The position numbers and the translations under genes are program-made. DNA of 17,771 nucleotides from Candidatus Sysuimicrobiota bacterium (GTDB lineage: Bacteria > Sysuimicrobiota > Sysuimicrobiia > Sysuimicrobiales > Sysuimicrobiaceae): NCBI GenBank assembly GCA_040289515.1, contig PSLI01000038.1:1-17771 (forward strand), written 5' to 3'. A model generated the notes under the pieces. It saw only the letters and a list, made by a program, of their open reading frames with translations, was not told the origin of the DNA and did no database searches. Below are positions 1 to 8,440 of the stretch, one piece after another (position 1 is the first letter of the stretch; each line of letters begins with the position of its first letter).

Positions 1-500
1 GCAGGCTCGTGTATTGGGACCCCCGGTCGGAGTGGTGCACCAGACCGGGTGCCGGCTTCCTGCGCCACAGCGCCATCCCCAAAGCATCCACCACCAGCTC
101 CGCCCGGGCGTCCGGCCGCATCGCCCACCCTACTACCCGCCGGCTCCACACGTCCAACACCAGGTACAGCCACCCACAGCCGGTCGGGCCCAGGACTCGG
201 AACTGCCGCCTTCCCAGGTCCGGAGCCGGCAAAGCCCCTTGCCCCTGCCTGGTTAGCCCCTTCTTGCGGCGCCGACGGTATGCGCCCGCCATCCCCCCAA
301 GCCGCATCAGCCGCGCTCAGCGGCTTCCGGCTGCACCGAACCCCACCAGCCCGCAGCTCCGCATGCACCCGGGGAGCCCCGTACACCCTCCCGCTGCCCT
401 CCCAAATCCCCCGTACCCGCTCCAGCAGCTCCACATTCTCCCGCTGCCGGCGGCTGGGAGGTCGACTCCGCCACGCGTAGTACCCGAGAAATCGCCAGAT
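1..500 (-). mobile_element. Decayed IS3-family transposase (OrfB) fragment, running off the left edge
   Basis: Manual minus-strand translation across frames gives GYYAWRSRPPSRRQRENVELLERVRGIWEGSGRVYGAPRVHAELRAGGVRCSRK, then RLMR...PAPDLGRRQF, PDRLWVA and GWLYLVLDVWSRRVVGWAM...LVVDALGMALWRRKPAPGLVHHSDRGSQYTSL. These are hallmark IS3 HTH/rve motifs. Several frameshifts and small deletions are present; no orfA or terminal inverted repeat was seen. Confidence 0.93.
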
Positions 501-509
501 TTCCCGGGG

Positions 510-1513
510 CTGCTTCAGGATCTCCCGCCGCCAAGGCCGGCCTGCGAGGACCGTCGCCGGAGCAGCTGCCGCATTTGCGGGCTGTGCTGCCCCGGGGCAG
601 CGTGTTCGCCATGGCTTTGGGCTCGGTGGTGGCAGGCCTCTATGGCATGCGGTGGCAGCCTGAGTTTGTGGGCGTGGCGGCGGCAGCGGTGGCGGCGCTG
701 GGCGCGTGGGTGCTGCGGGTGCGGGACTGGAGCGTGCTCGAGGTCTTGGAGCAGACCGGGCACTCGCTGCTGGGCCTCGTGGCCGTGACCGGGGTCGCGG
801 GGATCGTGATCGGAACGCTGCAGTACACCGGGCTGGGTTTCCGCATGGCCCTGCTTCTCACGGACCTGGCGGGCCGCAACCTCCTGCTGCTTCTGCTCCT
901 CACTGCTGCAGTGGCCCTCGTGCTGGGGATGGGGATGCCCACGGTGGCCGTGTACGTCCTGCTGGCCACCCTTGTAGCTCCTGCCCTCGTCCAGCTGGGG
1001 GTAACCCCGCTTGCGGCCCACCTGTTCGTGTTCTACTTCGGCATGCTATCCATGATCACCCCGCCCGTGTGTCTGGCCACCTACACCGCCGCCAGCATCG
1101 GCGCGGCCAACTTCTGGGAGGCCGGGTGGGCCAGCATGCGCCTGGCGGCCACCGCGTACGTGGTGCCATTCTTGTTCGCCTTAGAGCCCGCCCTCATCGG
1201 CCGCGGCCCCTGGCTGGCGGTGACGCTGGCCAGCCTCACCGCGGTGCTGGGTGCGTACCTGCTGGCCGCGACCCTGGTAGGGTACTGGTTCGGGCCGCTG
1301 CAACCCTGGGAGCGGGTCCTGCTGGGTCTGTGCAGCCTGGCGGTGCTGACCCCCGAGGGCGGACAGCTGGCCGCCTTCTCCTGGTCGGTGGAGGTGGCGG
1401 GCCTAGGCCTGGCAGCCCTGCTGGCGTGGCGCAACCGCCGCGCGGCCCGTGATCGCCACCTGCCCCAGCCCGCGCCGGCAGGGGCCCTGAGGCCCTCGTC
1501 GCCACCCTCCTGA
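510..1513 (+). pseudogene. 5'-truncated TRAP transporter fused permease (4TM/12TM, DctQM, TAXI type), C-terminal half only
   Basis: Contains LGMGMPTVAVY, AAHLFVFYFGMLSMITPPVCLA and AYVVPFLF. Homology-like sequence (AAKAGLRGPSPEQLPHLRAVL) continues upstream of the TTG at 575 to ~510-524, then meets the IS3 remnant. About 330 codons remain, versus typically >600 aa for this family. No RBS is visible. Confidence 0.85.
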
Positions 1514-1516
1514 CCG

Positions 1517-2374
1517 CTAGGACACCCGCAGGTACCTCCGCGCGTAGTAGTACAGGTGCTGCTGCGCGAGGCCCGCCAGATCCCCGAAGTGGTTCAGAGC
1601 CCATGCGCGGATGGCCGCCGGGGTTTTCCTGCAGCCCTGGAAGTACAGCTCTTCTGTCGCCCTTTTTACCCACACATCCACCGGAAACACCGCCCGGTGC
1701 CCCAGCCCGAACAGCAACACGCAGTCTGCCACCTTGTCCCCCACACCGGGAAGCTCCAGCAACGCACCCCGTGCCTCCGGCGTGGGCAACCTCCGCAGGC
1801 GTTCTAGATCCAGCTGTCCGTCGGCCACGCGCCGCGCGGCATTCCGCAGGTAGCCGGCCCGGTAGCCCACTCCCGCTGTCCACAGCACGGCCTCGGGAGC
1901 CTCCGCCAGCCGGCCAGGGGACGGGAACGCCCACGCCACCGGCGGGCTGCCCACGGGCTCTCCCAGGACCGCGCACAGGTACGCCACACTGCGCACGATC
2001 TTCGGGATGTTGTTGTTCTGCGAAATGAGGAAGGTGGCCAGCACCTCCCACGGATCCTGGCTCAGGATGGAGATGCCCCGCGTCCGGGGCAACAAGCGGG
2101 CCAGCACGCGGTCCTGCGCCAGCACAGCCTCCAGGGGTTTTAGGGAGCCCCAGCCCAGCAGGTAGCGCCGCAGCTTCTGCGCGGACCCCGCCCCAGCCAC
2201 CACCGACGCCTGCACGCGCCCGGCTGCTGAACGCAGCCGCCACACGCACCAGCCCACCACCCCCTCCGCCACCCCGTCCCGCCACGTCCACCGGAACGCC
2301 TGGCCGCACCGCAGCGTGCGCGCCAGGTTGAGGCCTGGGGTGCTCACCACGAAGCCACTCGTCTGGACCGTCAC
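1517..2374 (-). CDS. ogg: 8-oxoguanine DNA glycosylase/AP lyase (OGG1-like, HhH-GPD family)
   Basis: OGG N-terminal motif TLRCGQAFRW, QDPWE..FLISQNNNIPKI, GVGYRA, HhH motif LPGVGDKVADC with the catalytic Lys, FPVDVW with the catalytic Asp, and C-terminal AGLAQQHLY. Confidence 0.92.
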   Translation of the reverse strand: MTVQTSGFVVSTPGLNLARTLRCGQAFRWTWRDGVAEGVVGWCVWRLRSAAGRVQASVVAGAGSAQKLRRYLLGWGSLKPLEAVLAQDRVLARLLPRTRGISILSQDPWEVLATFLISQNNNIPKIVRSVAYLCAVLGEPVGSPPVAWAFPSPGRLAEAPEAVLWTAGVGYRAGYLRNAARRVADGQLDLERLRRLPTPEARGALLELPGVGDKVADCVLLFGLGHRAVFPVDVWVKRATEELYFQGCRKTPAAIRAWALNHFGDLAGLAQQHLYYYARRYLRVS

Positions 2375-2381
2375 GCCCAGC

Positions 2382-2978
2382 TTACCGGCCCGCCCGGCGC
2401 CAGCCGAGTCCGTCCACCACCAGCTGAGACCAGCTCTCCATACGGCCGTACCTGCGCACCGCCTCCTCCACGCGCACGAACCCGCCCTCCAGCACGCCCT
2501 TCTCCCGCACCCGCACGGGGCCGCTGGTGCACACCTCGTACACGAGGCCGAAGTGCACCGCGCTCACGGCGTTGCGCTCGTCGTTTAGCACGCCCACCCA
2601 CCGGGCGGTCCACGGCCCGGCGAACTCCAGCTCCTCTTCCAGCTCCCGCGCCAACCCCGCGCGCACGGGGTCCCCATCGCGCACGTCCCCGCGGCTGATA
2701 TGGCCGCCCACACCCACGGAGTACAGGTGATGCAGGCGCGCCTCCCTTCCCCGCGGCAGGCGCCGGAACAGGAACACCTGCAGCCCCCGCCGCACCACGG
2801 CGTAGGGGATCACCTGCTTGAGGCTGGGGTCCTCCTCCACGTCGCCCCGGCGGCGGTAGAAGCCGTGCTGCCGCACTGCCTCCAGGTACGCTTCCTCCGG
2901 GGGCCGCAAGCCCACGAAGGCTTCGTCCCCCAGCAGCACGCTCCGGGGTACCACCAGGACCTCTTCCATCTTGCCCAT
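2382..2978 (-). CDS. Nudix-fold hydrolase, COG4112/YmaB-like predicted phosphoesterase
   Basis: EEDPSLKQVIPY, EARLHHLYSVGVGGHI, GLARELEEE, LNDERNAVSAVHFGLV and MESWS. The ATG at 2978 is preceded by a GGAGGAG SD sequence; 198 aa. Confidence 0.85.
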   Translation of the reverse strand: MGKMEEVLVVPRSVLLGDEAFVGLRPPEEAYLEAVRQHGFYRRRGDVEEDPSLKQVIPYAVVRRGLQVFLFRRLPRGREARLHHLYSVGVGGHISRGDVRDGDPVRAGLARELEEELEFAGPWTARWVGVLNDERNAVSAVHFGLVYEVCTSGPVRVREKGVLEGGFVRVEEAVRRYGRMESWSQLVVDGLGWRRAGR

Positions 2979-3009
2979 CAGGAGCTCCTCCCAGCTCGTC
3001 GGGCCTCCC

Positions 3010-3165
3010 TCATGGCATCCGCGGCTGCCCGCGCCGACCCCGCAAGCCTTTCGGACACCCCACGGTGAGAGCCGGCACCCCGCCCACCAGCCCAGCACCC
3101 GGAGAAGCGGTGTCCTGTAGCAGGCGGAACACCGGCTGCGGGATGCTGTTCAGCACGCGGATCAT
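3010..3165 (-). CDS. Possible 51-aa small ORF overlapping the mrpG stop codon
   Basis: ATGA overlap with the mrpG stop (3162-3165); the ORF fills most of the mrpG-Nudix gap. No recognisable motif. Confidence 0.2.
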   Translation of the reverse strand: MIRVLNSIPQPVFRLLQDTASPGAGLVGGVPALTVGCPKGLRGRRGQPRMP

Positions 3166-3461
3166 GAGTCTTCTGAGTATGGCCCTTCCGGAACCCGGTG
3201 GCCCCGCCGCACCAGCGCCCGGGCCAGCATGTGGGAGCCCGCGGGCGCGGTGAGGAGCAAAAACACCAAAATGGCTACCTCCTGCCAACCACCCCCGTGG
3301 TACAGGAACGAACCCACAAGGGCTCCCGCGGCGCCGAAGGTGGTCACCTTGCCCGCCACGTGCAGCCGGCTCAAGGTATCCCGGTAGCGCACCATCCCCA
3401 CCCCGGCCACCACAGAGAAGGCCGCGCCCAGGAGCAGGAACACGCCCGCCAGCTCACGCAA
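3162..3461 (-). CDS. mrpG: Mrp cation/H+ antiporter subunit G
   Basis: GMVRYRDTLSRLHVAGKVTTFG and FLLLTAPAGSHMLARA; TTG start with a GGGAGG SD; last gene of the mrp cluster. Confidence 0.9.
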   Translation of the reverse strand: MRELAGVFLLLGAAFSVVAGVGMVRYRDTLSRLHVAGKVTTFGAAGALVGSFLYHGGGWQEVAILVFLLLTAPAGSHMLARALVRRGHRVPEGPYSEDS

Positions 3462-3711
3462 GGGGGCCTCCCCGGGACACGAACCGCGCCGCGGCTACGG
3501 TCCCCACGAAAGCCAGAGCCGCCAGCACCACCGCCACGTCCAGGTAGTCCCGGGTGTCCTCCAGCACCCCCACCGTCAGCACGACATTCAGCAGGACCAT
3601 GGCCAGGGCGTCTGCGGCCACCACACGGTCCACGAACCCCGGCCCCACGGCGAGCCGCAAGCTGCACAGGGCTGCCGCGCACGCCAGGAGGACTAGACTC
3701 ACCGTGACCAT
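3454..3711 (-). CDS. mrpF: Mrp antiporter subunit F
   Basis: RLAVGPGFVDRVVAAD and YLDVAVVLAALAFVGTVAAARF; ATG at 3711; 85 aa. Confidence 0.92.
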   Translation of the reverse strand: MVTVSLVLLACAAALCSLRLAVGPGFVDRVVAADALAMVLLNVVLTVGVLEDTRDYLDVAVVLAALAFVGTVAAARFVSRGGPLA

Positions 3712-4037
3712 CCCTCGAACACCTCCGCCACCGCGCGTTCCAGTCTGTTTTGGATCTCCGCCACGGCGGCCGATTCCTCCTCCAGGTCGAACACGTGCAC
3801 AAGCAGGCTGCTGCGGTCGGGAGCGAGGTCCACGGCGAGGGTTCCGGGCGTCAGGGTGATGAGGTTTGCCAGAGCCGTCACCGCCGTATCCCGTCGCACC
3901 CGGATGGGCACCCGCACGAAACGCGGCCGGTTGGTCCGCCGGAAGTTCAGCACCAGGGCGGCCAGATGCAGGTTCGCCCGGGAGATCTCCCACACCCCCA
4001 CCGCCACCAGGCGGAAAGCCGCCCACACCCGACGCAC
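3699..4037 (-). CDS. mrpE: Mrp antiporter subunit E (short form)
   Basis: ANLITLTPGTLAVD and LLVHVFD motifs; starts immediately after the mrpD stop. Confidence 0.9.
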   Translation of the reverse strand: MRRVWAAFRLVAVGVWEISRANLHLAALVLNFRRTNRPRFVRVPIRVRRDTAVTALANLITLTPGTLAVDLAPDRSSLLVHVFDLEEESAAVAEIQNRLERAVAEVFEGWSR

Positions 4038-4038
4038 G

Positions 4039-5493
4039 TCAGGGGCCCCCCAGCACCGCCCGCGCGTATGCTTCGGGGTCCGCCAGGCGCTGCGCGGCCA
4101 CCGTGGTGAGGTCCAGCAACCACCCTCCGCCCAGCCCCCACACCACCGTGAGCACCCCCACGCCCGCGATGGCCGCGTAGTGCACAGCCGGGATGGACTC
4201 CCGCTCCCGGGCCGGTCCCCAGAAGGCGCCGGTGAGGATCTTGGTCATGGACAGCAACGTCAGAAGGCTCACCGCCAGGCTCGCGGCCACCGCGGGCCCC
4301 TGCCCCGCCTGGAACCCCGCCTGCACCACCAGCACCTTGGCCCAGAACCCGCTGAGCGGAGGAATCCCCGCCAGGGACAGGGCGGGTACGGCGAAGGCGA
4401 GGCCCAAGAGGGGGTGCGCGTGCGCCAGCCCCGAAAGCGCCGGGAGGGCCCCCGTGCCGTAGGCGACCTCCACCGCTGCCGCCACCAGCAGCAGCGCCGT
4501 CTTCACCCCGATGTGGTGCAGCACGTAGAAGATCCCCGCGGCCCACGCCGCAGGGGTGCCCAGGGCCAGCCCCAGCACCATGTAGCCGATCTGGCTCACG
4601 ATGTGGAAGGACAGGATGCGCCGGATCTCCTCCTGTGCCAGCGCCCCCAGAACCCCGAAGATCATGGTGAGCACCGCCACCAGCACGAAGGCCGGCGCGG
4701 GGCCCTGCAGGGGCTGCAGGGTGGTGAACAGGCGGTACAGGGCGTACACGCCTACCTTCGTCAGCATCCCGCCGAAGTACGCGGCCACGGCCCCCGAGGG
4801 CAGCATGTAGGCGTGCGGCAGCCACGCGTACAGGGGGAACACGGCCGCCTTCACGCCAAAGGCCACCGCCAGCAAAAAGACCCCGGGCCGCACCAGGCCC
4901 GGCGGTGCCACCGGCAGGCGCAGGGCCAAGTCCGCCATGTTCACGCTGCCCACCGCGGCGTACAGGAGAGCGACCCCCACCAGGAACGTGGTGGACGCCA
5001 CCAGGTTGACGGCCACGTACGTGAACGCCTCCCGCGCCTGGCGTCGCGTGCTGCCCAGGGTGAGGAGGAAGTACGAGGCCACCAAGAGCACCTCGAAGAA
5101 CACGTAGAGGTTGAACAGGTCGCCCGTGAGGAACGCGCCGTTCATGCCCGCCAGCAGCAGGTGCCAGCCCGCGTGGAAGAAGCCGTCCAGACGTAGGTGG
5201 GGCCGCGCCAGCAGAGCCAGGAGGGCGCACAGGGCTACCCAGCTGCCGATGGCGCTCATGAGGGCGCCCAGCAGGTCCACCGCGAACACGATGCCGTACG
5301 GTGCCGGCCAGTCTCCGAAGCGCAGCACCACCACCTCGTGCTCGCGCGCCAGCACCACCAGCCACACACTGGCGGCTGCGCCCGCCACCGCGCCCACTAC
5401 ACTGGCCGCCCACCGGAGGCGGCGGCGCTGCAGGGCCGCACACAGCAGGCCCGAAAGCAGCGGGATCACGACGGGGGCGGCGGCCGCGTTCAC
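4039..5493 (-). CDS. mrpD: Mrp antiporter subunit D
   Basis: FGDWPAPYGIVFAVD, TGDLFNLYVFFEV, KAAVFPLYAWLP, LTKVGVY and GIPPLSGFWAK; GTGA overlap with the mrpC stop; 484 aa. Confidence 0.95.
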   Translation of the reverse strand: MNAAAAPVVIPLLSGLLCAALQRRRLRWAASVVGAVAGAAASVWLVVLAREHEVVVLRFGDWPAPYGIVFAVDLLGALMSAIGSWVALCALLALLARPHLRLDGFFHAGWHLLLAGMNGAFLTGDLFNLYVFFEVLLVASYFLLTLGSTRRQAREAFTYVAVNLVASTTFLVGVALLYAAVGSVNMADLALRLPVAPPGLVRPGVFLLAVAFGVKAAVFPLYAWLPHAYMLPSGAVAAYFGGMLTKVGVYALYRLFTTLQPLQGPAPAFVLVAVLTMIFGVLGALAQEEIRRILSFHIVSQIGYMVLGLALGTPAAWAAGIFYVLHHIGVKTALLLVAAAVEVAYGTGALPALSGLAHAHPLLGLAFAVPALSLAGIPPLSGFWAKVLVVQAGFQAGQGPAVAASLAVSLLTLLSMTKILTGAFWGPARERESIPAVHYAAIAGVGVLTVVWGLGGGWLLDLTTVAAQRLADPEAYARAVLGGP

Positions 5494-5798
5494 GGCTCGT
5501 CGTCCTCCTCCAACGCATGCATGCGGTAGCCCAGGGCCAGCAGGAACGCGGTCACGCCGAACCCGATGACGATGGCCGTAAGGATCAGGGCCTGCGGCAC
5601 CGGATCCGCCCGGGGCTCCGGGTTGGCCAGCAGGGGCGCGTGCCGGCCCCGCAGGCCGCCCGACAGCAGCACCATCAGGTTGGCCCCGTGGGAAATGAAG
5701 GCCAGCCCGATCACCTGCCGCAGGATGCGCTGGCCCAGCAGCAACCAGGTGCCCACGGCAAACAGCAAGCCTACCAGCAGGGCCACCAAGGCGTTCAC
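5490..5798 (-). CDS. mrpC: Mrp antiporter subunit C
   Basis: IGLAFISHGANL and ADPVPQALILTAIVIGFG; GTGA overlap with the mrpB stop; 102 aa. Confidence 0.95.
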   Translation of the reverse strand: MNALVALLVGLLFAVGTWLLLGQRILRQVIGLAFISHGANLMVLLSGGLRGRHAPLLANPEPRADPVPQALILTAIVIGFGVTAFLLALGYRMHALEEDDEP

Positions 5799-6193
5799 GG
5801 CTCCCCCGCCTCCCACAGGGTCCGGATGGCCGCCAGGGTGGCCGACACCACCACCACAAACACCCCCACATCGAAGAGCAGCGAGGTCACCAGCTTCACG
5901 GGGCCCACGTGCACCACCGCGTGGGTCAAAAACGGCCTGCCCGCCAGCACCGCACCGAGCCCGGTGGCCGCGGAGACGAACACGCCCGCGGCCACACCCC
6001 GCTCCCACGCCCGTGCCCGAGCGGGCGGTCCGAAGGCCAGCCAGCGCAGCACCACGGCCAGCGCGGTGACCAGGCCACCTACGAAGCCCCCGCCGGGCGC
6101 CTCGTGACCGGTGGCGAGCAGCCGCAGGCCGTACAGGACCACCACGGGCATCACCACCCGCGCCACCGTGCGCAGCACCACCGTGCCGCTCAC
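5795..6193 (-). CDS. mrpB: Mrp antiporter subunit B
   Basis: GHEAPGGGFVGGL and TSLLFDVGVF; GTGA overlap with the mrpA stop; 132 aa. Confidence 0.93.
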   Translation of the reverse strand: MSGTVVLRTVARVVMPVVVLYGLRLLATGHEAPGGGFVGGLVTALAVVLRWLAFGPPARARAWERGVAAGVFVSAATGLGAVLAGRPFLTHAVVHVGPVKLVTSLLFDVGVFVVVVSATLAAIRTLWEAGEP

Positions 6194-8335
6194 CGGGGCC
6201 TCCTGGCCATGGCCAGCACCCCAAGGGCCGCGATCCCCAGCACCGTGATCTCGCCGAGGGTGTCCAGGCCGCGGAAGTCCACCAACACCAGGTTCACCAG
6301 GTTGGAGCCGCCGGCCCGCTCCGCGTTCTGCGCGAAGAACTCCGCCAGACGCGGGGATGGTGGCCCCGCGCTGACCTGGTAGGCGAGGGCAGCGGCCACC
6401 ACCCCTACCCCCACCGCAGCCAACAAGTCCAGGACCGCCAGCGGGTGCCGGTCGGGTACTTCGGGGCTCACCAGGTGCGTCACCACCGCCAGGAACAGCA
6501 CCAGGGTTACCGTCTCCACCAGCATCTGGGTCAGCGCCAGGTCCGGCGCCCTCAGCCCCATGAACAGGAACACCACGCTGTAGCCCACCGCCCCCAGGGA
6601 CACCACCGCCGCCACCAGGCTCCGGCTGAGAACGGTCACCAGCACCGCGGCAGCGCCGATGGCCACGAAGGCCGCTTCCAATCCCACCGGGCCCACCTCT
6701 GGCCACCGCCCGTGCACCCACAGGGGTGGCCCCGCGCCCACCGCGGCGACCGCGAGCACCACCACGAGGTAGTCCCGCAGCCGGCCGGTCAAGGTGAGGT
6801 GTGTGAGGCCGGCTGCCAGCCGCAACAGCCCCGCCTGCAGGGTGTCGAAGATCCGCTCCCCGCTCCACCGCACCGGCGGCCAGCGCACCCTCCCCACCCA
6901 CCAGCTCACACCCCCGCCCGCCAGCACCGCGGCCACCGCGGGCCCCACCTTGGTCAGCTCGAACTTCGGCCACACGTTGTGGCCGGCCCCCATCCAGCCC
7001 AGCACGCCCTCCGGCACAGCCCGCCAGAGGCCGAACAGCACGCACCCGACCGCGAGCGGGAGGGCTGGAGCCCACAGCCCCGCGGGCTCGTGACGCCGCG
7101 CGCGGTGACTGGGGCCCACGAACACCTGCAAGAAGCGCACGCCGAAGCCAGCGGTGAGCACGGCCCCCACCCACAACCACGCCTCCCACCGGTGCCCCAG
7201 GGCCTTCCCGGCCAGGTCCTTGGCCACGAACCCCCCGCTTCCGGGCAGCGCGGCGAGGGAAAACACGCTGGCGGCGGCAAGGACCGCGGTGGCCGGCATG
7301 GACCAAACAAGGCCCCGCAGACGACCGATGCTGCGGGTACCCGTCTGGTGCTCCACCGCACCTGCCAGGAGGAACAGGGTTCCCTTGTAGGCCGCGTGGT
7401 TCAGCAGATACAGCACCGCCGCGTCCCGGGCCAGCTCCGTGCCCGTACCCGCCAGGGCCGTGGCCAGCCCCAGGGCGCTCACCGTGCCGTAGGCCAGAAG
7501 TGCTTTCAGGTCGTCCTGCAGGAGTGCCACCGCGGCCCCGAACACGAACGTGGCCATCCCCACCGGCAGCACCCAGCTCCGCCACAGCTCCGTGCCGCCC
7601 AGCACGGGCAGCAGACGCAGCAGCAAGAACACCCCCGCCTTCACCATGGTGGCCGAGTGTAGGTACGCGCTCACGGGCGTGGGGGCCACCATCGCCCCTG
7701 GAAGCCAGAAATGCACGGGCAGCTGTGCCGACTTGGTGAACGCCCCCGCCAGCACCAGGGCCAGCACCCACGGATACCGTGGCGAGGTCCGCACGCCCTG
7801 CGGGTTCAGCTCCGAGATGCGGAAGGTTCCTGCCTCCAGGCCCAGGAGCACGAAGCCCGCCAGCATGGCCAAGCCGCCCAGCACCGTCACCACCAAAGCC
7901 TGCACCGAGGCCCGGCGAGCTTCCCAGCGGTCGTCGTGGAACCCGATGAGGAAGAACGAAGCGATGGAGGTAGCCTCCCAGAAAACGTACAGGGTCACCA
8001 GGTCGTCTGCCAGCACGAGCCCCAGCATGGCGCCTGTGAACAGCAGCAGGTAGGCGAAGAAGGCGGGTGTGCGCGCCTCGTGGCTCAGGTACGCCTTCGC
8101 GTACAGGGCGATGAGGACCCCCACCCCTGCCACCAGCAGGCTAAAAAGGGCGCTCAAAGCGTCCAGCTGCAGCCGGTAGCCCACGTTCAGACGGGGAAAC
8201 CAGGAAAGTCCCGTGGACACCGCGGGCGGGCCCGCCCGCGTCCACCAGATCAGCAGCCACAGGGGCACAAGACAGCCCGCGAGGGCCAGCGGCCAGCACG
8301 GGGACCAGAGGGATCCCCAGGAGGAGAAAGTCCAT
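6190..8335 (-). CDS. mrpA: Mrp antiporter subunit A; probable true ATG at 8335 is out of frame with the body (frame break at ~8284-8297)
   Basis: FWEATSIASFFLIG, FTKSAQLPVHFWLPGAMVAPTPVSAYLHSATMVKAG, NHAAYKG, APDLALTQ and VDFRGLDTLGE. The in-frame upstream starts (TTG 8394, ATG 8367) fall inside the predicted promoter hexamers. ATG 8335 gives a hydrophobic MDFLLLGIPLVPVLA in another frame. Gene identity is secure; the start and intactness are not. Confidence 0.88.
8284..8297. repeat. 7-bp tandem duplication (GGCCAGC)x2 at the mrpA frame break
   Basis: Read directly: ggccagc at 8284-8290 and 8291-8297. Confidence 0.8.
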
Positions 8336-8365
8336 CGCCAGAAGAGGGTCAGCAAGCCCCAGGCC

Positions 8366-8394
8366 ATCCTAACGGCCGGACGCCTGGCCGTCAA
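8366..8394 (-). promoter_or_regulatory. Sigma70-type promoter for the mrp operon
   Basis: Minus strand TTGACG (8394-8389), 17-bp spacer, TAGGAT (8371-8366). Confidence 0.75.
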
Positions 8395-8404
8395 ACCGCA
8401 GTGC

Positions 8405-8434
8405 TTGGTCAGGGTTGACGGACGGTGCTAAAAT
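8405..8434 (+). promoter_or_regulatory. Extended -10 sigma70-type promoter for the T-box/trp operon
   Basis: TGcTAAAAT (TG 8426-8427, TAAAAT 8429-8434), with a weak -35 TTGGTC (8405-8410) at 18-bp spacing. It predicts a start at ~8441, just before the T-box stem I. Confidence 0.75.
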
Positions 8435-8440
8435 GCGATT

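Noticed and set aside
483..508. Imperfect palindrome CCCGAGAAATC-GCCA-GATTTCCCGGG at the IS/TRAP junction
   Set aside because: It lacks the TG...CA IS3 terminus, and its left arm is explained by transposase coding sequence (LAISR/GYY). It cannot be distinguished from chance.
9..788. 259-aa plus-strand ORF and overlapping ORFs at the left edge
   Set aside because: These are the antisense shadow of the IS3 remnant plus an off-frame read of the TRAP gene; the composition is Arg/Pro-rich with no motifs.
3162..8335. Reading the membrane cluster as NADH dehydrogenase (nuoLMN) or a membrane hydrogenase
   Set aside because: MrpB, C, E, F and G are present in canonical order, and there are no Fe-S or NiFe subunits.
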